Origin: Macrostomum lignano | Taxonomy: Eukaryota | NCBI GenBank assembly: GCA_002269645.1 | Contig: NIVC01000162.1 | Span: 310,001 to 374,000, forward strand | Length of the DNA: 64,000 nt | Reading direction: 5' to 3' | Shown here: one piece after another, positions 1 through 12,404 of the stretch | How positions within the stretch are numbered: position 1 is the stretch's first letter | How the letters are laid out: each line of letters begins with the position of its first letter | Notes under the pieces: generated by a model | Seen by the model: the letters and a program-made list of their open reading frames with translations, nothing else | Database searches by the model: none | Told to the model about the DNA's origin: nothing | Made by a program: the position numbers and the translations under genes

Positions 1-170
1 TTGCTCTATCGATATTCATAAAGCTTTTCGTTCATAAAATTAGGATTATATGTTAATTTTTTATTCTACGTACATTTCCTGTACCTTACAATCATAAAAA
101 ATGCATGGCACAGTTCCAATCTTTCGTTTTATGAATCTATTTTATCATCTCTGTTAAAAATCGTACACGT
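1..170. mobile_element. Partial copy of an AT-rich dispersed repeat (MITE-like family)
   Basis: attcataaagcttttcgttcataaaattaggattatatgttaatttt...ctacgtac closely matches 54237-54300 and, more loosely, 61819-61871. The left end is cut by the window edge. Confidence 0.55.
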
Positions 171-1262
171 CCTGTGTCTAATAATCATGACCAATTCATT
201 CATCATTCATTTCATTGATATTTTTTACTGCAATTGCAACACAGCATAACAAAAATTAAGAAAACATCATACAGGTTTCAAACATCGTTTGTTCTTCTTT
301 CTACGTTTTCTGTCTTCTTCTTTACGTCTTCTTTCTACGTCTACCGCGTGCGTCTGTCTTACTTAGAAAACGGAAAGTATGCATAATTGATATATAATGC
401 ATACCGTATAGTATATTTTGGTCTGGGAAAAAGTGTATTGATTTTAGAAACTATATAGCTGGACACAACTTATGCAAAACAAAAAATAGCCAAAGTGCAG
501 CTATACATGTACAATTGTATCAAGGCAAGCACTAGCTTTACAACTGCTGGTCTTTCGCATTTCGCAAATTCGTTACAGGTGCTGGACAAATACAATCTTC
601 GTATAAATTTACATACAGTACATGCATGATCCCTGTGCCCATGTATTTGCATTTATTTGCTATCTACTGATGGAAGCCACCCGCCATTTTGGCTCATTTT
701 AATTGCTATTGCTTATTTTGTAAGTAAATTTTTGCAATAAGATTGATTCCCAAAAACTTTTCCCACAGTACCATGATTCCTTTATGAGTACTTGAATATC
801 AGATTTACTACTTGTGAAGCTTTTTTATTTCACGCGGACACAAAAATGGAAGCACACAGAAATGCTGTGCCAGGAAACTGCTAGAAAATGATATGTTATT
901 GCAAAAACGACTAAATTGGCGTAAAGAAAGTAACAATTTAAATAAAGGAACAAAAATGCCACCAAAACAGTAGTAGTTTAAAACAAAAAAGCCACCCAAA
1001 AAGATCTGCAATCTGAACGAAACTAAGAATTAAACTGTTTTTAACCAAAGGATGTCGAAGATAAACTTCTCGGCCAAATTCTTCTCTGACTCTACTGCGA
1101 AATGAATCAAGAAGCCAATCAAACACAAAATGTAAACAAAACGAAAAAAATGTTTGAAAACGAACTCCATGCACTACCAAAAAGTTGTTGCTGCGAAAAC
1201 AAAAAGTGTGTTAGGCTGGAGCACGCGGGACAAACTGCTGTCAGCTGGTAGACTGGGAGACT

Positions 1263-4200
1263 TCAGCCCTCGTAGGACAGTCGCGGCTGCTTGACAGACG
1301 AAGTAGGTCCTGCCTCGTCGGCGTTGTCGGCATGGCGGCGCTTACAGCCTGCTGGCCTAGCAGAAGGGGGTACGACTAGGGGTGTTCAGGGTTCGGGGTC
1401 GGGTCGGGTTTCGGGTCGGGTTTTGGTACCGGGTTCGGGGTTCGGGGTAGGTGTTCCGGGTCGGGTTCGGGGTTCGGGGTAGGGGTACCGGGTTCGGGGT
1501 TCGGGTCGGGTTTGGCCACCGGGTTTTCGGGGTTTTCGGGGTTTTGAACAATTATCATTCTCAAGAGTATTTTCAAGCACTTTTTACTCCTTATGCAAAA
1601 TCCACAATGCGAAAGATATGCATTGAGTTTCAGGTACAACTTAAGTTATATTTTACATACAATTTGAAACGGAAATAGCAGATAGAACCATGGATTCATT
1701 TACACTTTCTGGTAAATAACGATTGTCGTTTTTCGACCCATTCAGTCTTGCAGTTGATGATTTAAAAAATTACGTTCAGTAATAATTTTACATGTGCTAC
1801 GTGTAACATGGTCTGAACTTCTGGATTGGATGAGGAAGCTTAAAATTTATAAATACACTAATATTCTCCACGCATCAGTCGCCAATAATCAATTATCACA
1901 ATGATTACCTACTCATATCAGCATACAATTTTATGTAAAGACGTCACTTTAGTTTTTACAAAGCAATTCTGTTATACCACTACTGACTTACTGTTAACTG
2001 TAGTCAAAAGTAAAAATAAATATATATTTGTGATTAACTCTCCTGTTTCATTGTATCATTGTTTTATCTGTGCTATCTCTTTATCGCTCTAGTTCTATCT
2101 CTACTGATATCTACACTACAGGGTATAATCTAATTTTATTGTACTCTATTTTTGCAGCTTAAATAAACTCATAGATGTAATATTACTATGAAAGCGATTT
2201 CGTTGTAAGTATAGGTACGAAATGGTCCTGATTTTAGTTGTGACCTTTCATGTATCTTACTATTAGATCTTGGGTCTTGGTAATCCTTCCATCTCAATCC
2301 CAATCCCATTGCAAGAAGTGTTTCATATTTCTTTTCCTAGTTGTAGAGTAGCTAAGGGAAATAAAACCACAAGGCTAAGTGGTTGAAGCTGTTAAGGCAC
2401 ATCTCAATATATAAAACTGAATTTAAAACTGAAATTCAAAACTGAAAACTGAAAAATTGAAAACTGAAAACTGAATTTATTAAAATGATTGACCAAAATA
2501 AGCGTGAAAATGTTCGGGGTTACGTTCGGGGTCGGGTCGGGTTTTGGTACCGGGTTCGGGGTTCGGGGTTGGAAGAAATGTTCGGGACGGGGTTCGGGGT
2601 TCGGGGTAGGGGTACCGGGTTCGGGGTAAACCCCGAACCCCGAAAAAATGGCCGACCCGAACACCCCTAGGTACGACTGCATTCGGCTTCTGAGTCTGCA
2701 GCTTGCTGGCCGTGGCGATGGCTGTCGACTGCGAGGCTGTGGAGGCGGCGGCGTTGTCGGCAACAACGGTAGCGACGTCTTTGTCCGGATCGATCAGGCG
2801 CAGCTGGAAGTCGGCAAATAGACGACGGGAATAGCTGAGCGTGTCGATGGCGAACTGGCGTACGGCGCCGGTTGGTGGCCGGTCGCGGCTGGGGGCAGGT
2901 CGAAGGCCGCCGGGTCGGACGCAGCAGGACGGGTAGGTCATGGGCTCGGCAGAGAGCATCCTGAACAGCACTTGAACGTAGAATATGTCCGATTCGCTGC
3001 TGGGCAGCTTGTAGCCGTACTGGTTTGTGTGGGGGGGAGGCAGGTGATGATCTTCATAAATTAATATGGGTTGAATACATGTACATGTATGAGTAGGTAA
3101 TGAGTAATGACAAACTTAATGACTCTGGATTTGAGTTAAGTGATGACCAACTCAATGATTCTGGATTTGAGTGAGTGATGACCAACTCAATGACTCTGGA
3201 TTTGAGTTGAGTGATGACCAACTCAATGATTCTGGATTTGAGTGGGTGATGACCAACTCAATGACTCTGGATTTGAGTTGAGTGATGACCAACTCAATGA
3301 TTCTGGATTTGAGTTGAGTGATGACCAACTCAATGATTTAGGATTTGAGTGGGTGATGACCAACTCAATGATTCTGGATTTGAGTTGAGTGATGACCAAC
3401 TCAATGATTTTGGATTTGAGTGAGTGATGACCAACTCAATGACTCTGGATTTGAGTGAGTGATGACCAACTTAATGACTCTGGATTTGAGTGAGTGATGA
3501 CCAACTCAATGATTTTGGATTTGAGTGAGTGATGACCAACTTAATGACTCTGGATTTGAGTGGGTGATGACAAACTTTCACCGCAAAAGTCTCACTAGAT
3601 TAAGCCAGTAGATCTTAAGTTCTTCGAACGAATTAAATGGCGAGTCGATTGGTAGGTCCTTGCGGATTTCGACTACTTCACCCTTCTTCATCCTGAAAAT
3701 GGTTTAGCGTTGCAACGTTGGGTTCTGGGCTTTTGAATGAATGAATGAGAGGCTTAGAAAAGTATAAAAGACAGCAAATAACTAACGAAGGCAGAACGTA
3801 AACCCATCTGTTGGGAATAAAGTCCTCAGTGATGAAGCTGCCGTCTGTACGCAAAAAACTTGTGGACACCTCTGCAGGCACGCCGAGGCCATCCAGCTAT
3901 AACAGAAGGAAAGTAAAATTGCAGATTATCTGTGATCAGCCACAGTGGTCTTTAGGTTCCAATAATTTACTTACAGAAAAAAGCGGAAGAATGGAGCTCA
4001 CAGGCTTCAGTGTCATATCCAGACTACTGTTAGTAGCGCAGAAATTTACCTCTAAAGAATATTAATAAAATAACTACATGTAGTTGTGAAATTATTCTTG
4101 TAGCCAAATAAAGTACTTGTGATGGACATGTTGGACAACTTACTGACACTCAGAATTGATGAATTGTTCCTTGAGTCCAGGAAGTCTTGACCTGAAAATT

Positions 4201-5464
4201 ATAAATAATTTTTTACTTGTCACGTCAATTACTAATATTATTGATAGTAAAGATTATTACTGTACTTTTAAATGTATTACGAGTATCTAGCACTAGCAGT
4301 AAATGTCAGTGCTTTATATAAACTTGCCCTGAATCAGCAGGTCAGCACATGGAGCCCAGTTTTTGCTCAACCTGGTTTGGATTGTAAACTTCAGGGCCTT
4401 CTCCAGATCACCAGAGCAAGTTTTTCCTGTGACTAAAATCTGAAAAATATCACATCATTTAAATACTGATTAGGCGCTAACTACTGGCTGTTCAATGAAA
4501 CAATTAGAATATACTTACAGTCAACTTCAGTCTGGTGATTCGACTAGTTATTTCCTTCTGCTTCATGTAATCGGACTAAAATATAAATGTGTATAATTTA
4601 TTTTAAAATTACTTCAAGTTGTGCACATGATACACCAGGCCTATTTTTAAGGCAGCACTGAAATCAGTTAAATAGTATAACATAATTTATGAAGTGAGAC
4701 AGACTATTTTAGCCAGTTAGTTATAGAAGGAATAAAGCTAAAGTAGTTTTAACAACTGTTATATTTATAAATTATGGATAGATAATTTAAGTATGGGCAT
4801 ATACTGGCATACCATAAATACATGTATATATTATTACAAGTTATATATAATGTAAATTGAAATAGGAAAATTGATCATAGTGTAATGTCAGCTTAGATAG
4901 GCTTAAACCTAATATTTTTATTTCATGCAATTTTGATTGTATAGATATAATATGCTGTATGGTTTATCTAAATTTCATAGCTAGTGTAAAATTAAAGAAA
5001 AAATTACCAGTGGACAAGTTACAAATTAAGTTGCTAAATAAAATTTTATAATACATGCTGGAAATTTTAATGCAGTTATATTTTTAGGCATCAAAGCATT
5101 AAGCCGAAGCAATAGCACATCCTCAGGTATAAATTAAACAGTGAAATATAACAGACAAAAGCATTACCTTGCCAATAATCACCAAGTGAGTGCAGCTAGG
5201 GTCTGTGCTAGGTGCAACAAGAATGTGTTCGTTCGTTAGGATTAGTTTCCTACAATAATGAGGAGATTGCATTGATGGTTTAAAAATAATTTTAGGATAA
5301 TTTTGGCACACTAGTTCAAATTGTGAAAAAGTTTGATTTGACATGTCAAAACAGTACGAGTATAAAGCACACATTCTATAAAAAAATCAGGAAAAAATAA
5401 ATACTTGCCTAGCAATGAACACGTGAGGTAGATTAAACACCATCTGGCTGCCTCCCCTGGTCAT
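1263..5464 (-). CDS. C18orf63: C18orf63-like / DUF4708 protein, 9 exons; last exon interrupted by a hAT insertion (406 aa if the insertion is removed)
   Basis: Hand-built phase-consistent model: complement join 5464-5409, 5375-5168, 4575-4519, 4439-4328, 4191-4144, 4051-3975, 3896-3787, 3692-3596, 3019-2670 + 1368-1263 = 1221 nt. Peptides LIQGQDFL, RWVYVLPSMKKG, PFNSFEELKIYWLNLYGYKLP and FRMLSAEPMTYPSCCVR match the human C18orf63 motifs as I recall them (LIQGRDFL, WCYVLPSMKMG, HWDALYGYKLP, TYPLSCIR). Exon 1 is the least certain. Confidence 0.85.
1377..2669. mobile_element. Non-autonomous hAT-superfamily DNA transposon, 1293 bp
   Basis: Perfect 11-bp TIR TAGGGGTGTTC (1377-1387 / 2659-2669), exact 8-bp TSD GGTACGAC (1369-1376 and 2670-2677), clustered subterminal (T)TCGGG(G) motifs at both ends, AT-rich non-coding interior. 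Confidence 0.93.
3103..3570. repeat. 35-36-bp minisatellite, ~13 copies, in the last intron of C18orf63
   Basis: Unit gatgaccaactcaatgattctggatttgagt(t)gagt. Confidence 0.95.
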
Positions 5465-6888
5465 AGGGTCTTGTCGATCAGCTTTCACTAGAATCGAAAC
5501 TAAATCATCAGTACAGATAGGTTCGAAATTAAAATGAAACGACATTTTGCAGACAACCAATCAATTGCGAAATAAATTGTTTTTACTTAATGAAGCAATA
5601 TTCACCGTTAATCTACAATACGTTCCAGCACTAGCGCAAAAGACAACAAGCCTAGTTGTGTTTGGCTGTTGAACGCGGTGCGCGACCGACGCGCGCGTGC
5701 ACACTTTGAAAATAATTTTTAAATTTTATCGCTGGAATAAAGGTTTAACACAACAGCACTGTTGCCAATTTTCTGTGTAAAAACTAAAATTTATGATAAG
5801 TAAATTGTAGAGGCAAATAGTTTTTATCGAAATGGTTGGCAAGTTTTCATAAGAGAAATTTATATATTAAGTTGTGTACATATTTAATTTCAATTTCACT
5901 AAAGCGTCAATTTCAAACAAGGCCTTTTTTTATACAGTCAGTAACTCACTCAATTGAGCCAGTTAGTTCATTGAAGCCCTTTAGGCTTTAGTTATCTGGT
6001 CATATAATATAGAATTATTTATGTGAATCTTTCCTTTGAATAAATTTGCGTCATTTGGTATAAAGTTTTAATAAATATTTAATTTATTGAAATAATAAAA
6101 TATGCGCCGCTCTGACAGACACGGCGGCCGTGTTGTGTCTATAATGCAAAAACTTAAGACACGGTGGCCGTGTCTCTAATAGTAACTAGGTCTATACTTA
6201 TCTAGTTACTGTCTGTAACATAGCTACATCACATGTAGAATGCATTTCACTTCCACTGGAGATACAGCGGCCGTGTCAATGAAGCCTGCATATAGTATCG
6301 TAATATAATATTGAATGATTTCGCACTTAAAAACACTGCGGTCATCTCTTTAATGCAAAAAATTAGACCAGCCATGGTACATGCATGCCTGAACATTATA
6401 AACATAACATGGCAGCTGTGCCTATAAGCTTCTGGGAGAATTTGTACAGTATTTGAGCACTATTACATTATTATAATAAATACATAATGTTGCATTTTCT
6501 TTTCATTTTTGTTGGAAAAGAGACAATCAGCTTGAAAATTTTTATGTTAATTTTGCTCCAATGTTGATATTATGCCTCTTGGTATTGCTTTGTTGAGTAG
6601 TCTATATAGCAAGATTATAAAAAATACTGTTTTTGGTTATAGCAATTCATTGGCTAAATTATTAGCTAACCTCAAAAGCTTATACTTTTTCTCCAAAGAT
6701 GCTTTCAGGTATATTATCTGTATATAAAATGAAATTATTTTTTCTATTGAAGTAGGGCCTATTAAAATAAAGTAGACTAGAGCTAAAATAAAACTGCATT
6801 GCTATTCATCTATAGTGTGACACTAATGTCTTAGCAAAATCAATGTGGATTAACAAATATAAAATATTCTCAAATTCATGCCATTCCA

Positions 6889-7455
6889 ATGGAATTGCCT
6901 CACCGATTCGAGCCAGTCCTGTCAGCCTGCCATCACCTGCCAGTGGCAAGATTTGCTCAGCTCTGTAGCACTGCCTGCCGCATCTGCTTGCCATCTGCAG
7001 CCAATGCAGGAGGCAGCGCGCCGCAGTTGCCAGCCGACCCAGCTGAGAAGGAGGCGACCGCGGTGCTGGCCGGCGCCATGGCCGAGTCGCTGAGCCGCGG
7101 CCTGCCGATGTCCGCCCTGCTAGCTGCGCTGGAGGAGCGCGGCCTTTCTGGCGAGCACCTGGCCGCCTTCGCCAGCGTGGCAGCCGAATTCGCTGATGCC
7201 GGAGCGTCGCGCCAGAGTCCCGGCCAGCTGCCGCATGTTGTTGGCGTCGACTGGCGCCTCGACTACCTGCTTGGCCGGGAACAGCAACTGCAGCAGCAGC
7301 AGCCGCATCTTGAGTACCACCTGGACATTCTCACCGACTGTCCGGCCAAGCCTCGCCTTCGCTGCAGCCGGCACCAGCTGCAGGACCTGCTGGCTCAGCT
7401 GCGCGAAGCCCTGGCAGCGGTGGAATCTGTGGCCTCCACTGCTGACAGCTCATGA
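6889..7455 (+). CDS. COMMD3: COMM domain-containing protein 3, intronless, 188 aa
   Basis: Starts MEL. C-terminal COMM domain LPHVVGVDWRLDY...CSRHQLQDLLAQLREA resembles COMMD3 (LPHITDVSWRLEY...CSMEQLQDLVGKLKDA, from memory). GC-rich ORF in AT-rich flanks. Confidence 0.8.
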   Translation: MELPHRFEPVLSACHHLPVARFAQLCSTACRICLPSAANAGGSAPQLPADPAEKEATAVLAGAMAESLSRGLPMSALLAALEERGLSGEHLAAFASVAAEFADAGASRQSPGQLPHVVGVDWRLDYLLGREQQLQQQQPHLEYHLDILTDCPAKPRLRCSRHQLQDLLAQLREALAAVESVASTADSS

Positions 7456-7765
7456 ATTTTGCTGTTGGCTAAAATTGGTGAATCTGGACACTGATTGAAT
7501 TGTAATGCATTTGCAGACAATTTTTGTTATTCTGCATTACTTGTGTAGCGCATCTACAGCTACTTCGAATAGTAACAGCTGCGGGCCCAATTTTATAATT
7601 ATATATTACAACGGTTTAAATATGAATTTTAGTTTGCCGTTAGGAAATTAAAGTGCTTTCTTTACTACTTGTTGCTTAGGTTATTACAGTAATCAACTGC
7701 AACAGTTCTTGCCATTTAGAGTTTTCGTTTTTTAAAGAATGAAGTATTTTATCGCGATTGAGCTC

Positions 7766-9822
7766 AAAGAGGACAGTGAACATGAAGAGAAGACAGTGAA
7801 CATGAAGTGAGGACAGCTAGTGAACATGAAGAGAGGACAGTGAACATGAAGAGAGGACAGTGAACATGAAGAGAGGACAATGAAAATGAAGAGAGGGCAG
7901 TGAACATGAAGTGAGGACAGCTAGTGAACATGAAGAGAGGGCAGTGAACATGAAGAGAGGACAGTGAACATGAAGAGAGGACAGTGAACATGAAGAGAGG
8001 ACAGTGAACATGAAGAGAGGGCAGTGAACATGAAGAGAGGACAGTGAACATGAAGAGAATACAATGAACATGAAGAGAGGATAATGAACATGAAGAGAGG
8101 ACAGTGAACATGAAGAGAGGGCAGTGAACATGAAGACAGGACAGTGAACATGAAGAGAGGACGTGAACATGAAGAGAGGACAGTGAACATGAAGAGAGGA
8201 CAGTGAACATGAAGAGAGGGCAGTGAACATGAAGTGAGGACAGTGAACATGAAGAGAGGGCAGTGAACATGAAGAGAGGACAGTGAACATGAAGAGAGGG
8301 CAGTGAACATGAAGAGAGGACAGTGAACATGAAGAGAGGACAGTGAACATGAAGAGAGGACAGTGAACATGAAGAGAGGACAGTGAACATGAAGAGAGGA
8401 CAGTGAACATGAAGAGAGGACAATGAAAATGAAGAGAGGGCAGTGAACATGAAGTGAGGACAGCTAGTGAACATGAAGAGAGGGCAGTGAACATGAAGAG
8501 AGGACAGTGAACATGAAGAGAGGACAGTGAACATGAAGAGAGGACAGTGAACATGAAGAGAGGACAGTGAACATGAAGAGAGGACAGTGAACATGAAGAG
8601 AATACAATGAACATGAAGAGAGGATAATGAACATGAAGAGAGGACAGTGAACATGAAGAGAGGGCAGTGAACATGAAGACAGGACAGTGAACATGAAGAG
8701 AGGACGTGAACATGAAGAGAGGACAGTGAACATGAAGAGAGGACAGTGAACATGAAGAGAGGGCAGTGAACATGAAGTGAGGACAGTGAACATGAAGAGA
8801 GGGCAGTGAACATGAAGAGAGGACAGTGAACATGAAAAGAGGGCAGTGAACATGAAGAGAGGACAGTGAACATGAAGAGAGGGCAGTGAACATGAAGAGA
8901 GGACAGTGAACATGAAGAGAGGACAGTGAACATGAAGAGAGGACAGTGAACATGAAGAGAGGACAGTGAACATGAAGAGAGGACAGTGAACATGAAGAGA
9001 GGGCAGTGAACATGAAGAGAGGACAGTGAACATGAAGAGAGGACGTGAACTTGAAGAGAGGATAATGAACATGAAGAGAGGACAATGAACATGAAGAGAG
9101 GGCAGTGAACATGAAGAGAGGGCAGTGAACATGAAGACAGGACAGTGAACATGAAGAGAGGACGTGAACATGAAGAGAGGACAGTGAACATGAAGAGAGG
9201 ACAGTGAACATGAAGAGAGGACAGTGAACATGAAGAGAGGGCAGTGAACATGAAGACAGGACAGTGAACATGAAGAGAGGACGTGAACATGAAGAGAGGA
9301 CAGTGAACATGAAGAGAGGACAGTGAACATGAAGAGAGGACAGTGAACATGAAGAGAGGACAGTGAACATGAAGAGAGGGCAGTGAACATGAAGAGAGGA
9401 CAGTGAACATGAAGAGAGGACAGTGAACATGAAGAGAGGACGTGAACTTGAAGAGAGGATAATGAACATGAAGAGAGGACAATGAACATGAAGAGAGGGC
9501 AGTGAACATGAAGAGAGGGCAGTGAACATGAAGACAGGACAGTGAACATGAAGAGAGGACAGTGAACATGAAGAGAGGACAGTGAACATGAAGAGAGGGC
9601 AGTGAACATGAAGAGAGGGCAGTGAACATGAAGAGAGGACAGTGAACATGAAGAGAGGACAGTGAACATGAAGAGAGGACGTGAACTTGAAGAGAGGACA
9701 ATGAACATGAAGAGAGGACAGTGACCATGAAGAGACGACAGTGAACATGAAGTGAGGACAGTGAACATCAAGAGAGGACGTGAACATGAAGAGAGGACAA
9801 TGAACATGAAGAGAGGACAGTG
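7766..9822. repeat. 20-bp minisatellite, ~100 copies
   Basis: Unit cagtgaacatgaagagagga; it explains the 500-650 aa spurious ORFs. Confidence 0.98.
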
Positions 9823-10182
9823 CATCTGCAAAGGCGCATGGTGTACAGTGAGGAAGTCAGCTAATCCATAAGAAAGTTTTCCCCAGTTTGCCCGGGAAGA
9901 AGTGGCCTGACCTGACCGACGGCAGCGCACCACTCGATACACCTGCTGGCACACTTGTGCATAATGCCGATTCACTGTAGTTGATTGCTTTCAATAAACA
10001 TTTCCTAATCAGTCTCAGCTGGTTGCTGTTGATCTGTTGATGCCAATTGTCAAGGTCAAGTTCGGGTCAGCAGCTGCTATCGGTTTTAGCTCGTAGCAGA
10101 ATTTTTGTAACGTCAAACTTCATTCGGTCCTTGTTCGGGGATTTCTAGAGGAGGGAACTTTTGCTTCTGCGAAATTCAGGGG

Positions 10183-10620
10183 AGCGGTGGTAGCGGAGAG
10201 GCAGATTCAGGGGCTGAGGTGGGAGCGGAGAGGCAGATTCAGGGGCTGAGGTGGGAGCGGAGAGGCAGATTCAGGGGCTGAGGTGGGAGCGGAGAGGCAG
10301 ATTCAGGGGCTGAGGTGGGAGCGGAGGGGCAGATTCAGGGGCTGAGGTGGTAGCAGAGAGGCAGATTCAGGGGCTGAGATGGGAGCGGAGAGGCAGATTC
10401 AGGGGCTGATGTGGGAGCGGAGGGGCAGATTCAGGGGCTGAGATGAGAGCGGAGAGGCAGATTCAGGGCTGAGATGGGAGCGGAGGGGCAGATTCAGGGG
10501 CTGAGATGGGAGCGGAGGGGCAGATTCAGGGGCTGAGGTGGGAGCGGAGGGGCAGATTCAGGGGCTGAGGTGGGAGCGGAGGGGCAGATTCAGGGGCTGA
10601 GGTGGTAGCGGAGGGGCAGA
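10183..10620. repeat. 32-bp G-rich minisatellite, ~13 copies
   Basis: Unit gggagcggagaggcagattcaggggctgaggt. Confidence 0.95.
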
Positions 10621-11097
10621 TTTAAGCACTGACGAACATAGGTGGCTGAGACTGCTCTGTACTTATTCGGCGGTGTGAATCTGGTTGTAGTGGAGAATCT
10701 GGGGGGGGGGGGGCACGTATTGATAGCAAGCGCCATTCAAAGGAAAAAGGAGATACACCCCCATGAAAGAGTCTGCAGATGATTAAGAAGATGTTGAAGG
10801 CAAAAGGGAATATGGAAGATTATATTGTAGCCAGTTTTCCCTTTCATCTTTAACTGATTCTGCAGCATCCCGAGAGTCCGCCGCATCTCTGAGAGCATTC
10901 CCCTAGGGCGGATTAGACTTTGGGAATATCTGAGTGCTGCTTTGCCGTGCCCTGTGTCCATAGGGATCGGGGCGATTCCCTGTGCCTAAGATTTACTAAT
11001 GCTGGCCTATGCGAGCAGTGGGTAGCTGCTCATGGAGAGAGACGGGGTTTGAGAGCTGAGTCTTAATTAAACGGAAAATGATATCAGATCTCCGCAT

Positions 11098-12277
11098 ATC
11101 TCAGGTGAATGCACCTCATCTATCTCAGGTGGATCTGAATTCCCTTCATCTATCTCAGGTGGATCTGAATTCCCTTCATCTATCTCAGGTGGATCTGAAT
11201 TCCCTTCATCTATCTCAGGTGGATCTGAATTCCCTTCATCTATCTCAGGTGGATCTGAATTCCCTTCATCTATCTCAGGTGGATCTGAATTCCCTTCATC
11301 TATCTCAGGTGAATGCACCTCATCTATCTCAGGTGGATCTGAACTCCCTTCATCTATCTCCAGATGGATCTGAATTCCCTTCATCTATCTCCAGATGGAT
11401 CTGAATTCCCTTCATCTATCTCAGGTGGATCTGAATTCCCTTCATCTATCTCCAGATGGATCTGAATTCCCTTCATCTATCTCAGGTAGATCTGAATTCC
11501 CTTCATCTATCTCAGGTAGATCTGAATTCCCTTCATCTATCTCAGGTGGATCTGAATTCCCTTCATCTATCTCAGGTAGATCTGAATTCCCTTCATCTAT
11601 CTCAGGTGGATCTGAATTTCCTTTATCTATCTCAGGTAGATCTGAATTCCCTTCATCTATCTCAGGTGGATCTGAAGTCCCTTCATCTATCTCAGGTGGA
11701 TCTGAATTCCCTTCATCTATCTCAGGTGGATCTGAATTCCCTTCATCTATCTCAGGTGGATCTGAATTCCCTTCATCTATCTCAGGTGGATCTGAATTCC
11801 CTTCATCTATCTCAGGTGAATGCACCTCATCTATCTCAGGTGGATCTGAATTCCCTTCATCTATCTCCAGATGGATCTGAATTCCCTTCATCTATCTCAG
11901 GTGGATCTGAATTCCCTTCATCTATCTCAGGTGAATGCACCTCATCTATCTCAGGTGGATCTGAATTCCCTTCATCTATCTCCAGATGGATCTGAATTCC
12001 CTTCATCTATCTCCAGATGGATCTGAATTCCCTTCATCTATCTCCAGATGGATCTGAATTCCCTTCATCTATCTCCAGATGGATCTGAATTCCCTTCATC
12101 TATCTCCAGATGGATCTGAATTCCCTTCATCTATCTCCAGATGGATCTGAATTCCCTTCATCTATCTCAGGTAGATCTGAATTCCCTTCATCTATCTCAG
12201 GTGGATCTGAATTCCCTTCATCTATCTCAGGTGGATCTGAATTCCCTTCATCTATCTCCAGATGGATCTGAATTCCC
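11098..12277. repeat. 30/31-bp minisatellite, ~39 copies
   Basis: Unit ggatctgaattcccttcatctatctcaggt, with ctccagat and shorter gaatgcacc variants. Confidence 0.97.
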
Positions 12278-12404
12278 CAGGCACATATCTCATGTGAAAT
12301 TGCATCCATTCTATTCGCTGTACTAAGTTGACCTAAAATAGCTTAAGGAAACTATTAAATCTTTTACTAGCACCCCATTCACCTGCCGCTTTACCTACGC
12401 GAAA

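Noticed and set aside
5470-5512. Minus-strand CTGATGA...GAAA, a hammerhead-like core
   Set aside because: Helix II closing pair and the helix III/NUH arrangement do not fit; it lies in the C18orf63 5' region.
7764-9975. Four ORFs of 149-656 aa (MFTVLSSCSLSSLHVHCPL repeats)
   Set aside because: Stop-free frames of a 20-bp minisatellite. The same applies to ORFs over the arrays at 11.1-12.3, 14.7, 15.5-16.7, 17.2-18.6, 26.4-27.3, 31.1, 32.3, 34.2, 45.5, 47.2-48.0, 58.5 and 63.2 kb.
9830-11060. Coding-like fragments on the minus strand between minisatellites (e.g. DRMKFDVTKILLRAK)
   Set aside because: Contain stops and no diagnostic motif; a retroelement relic is possible but unsupported.
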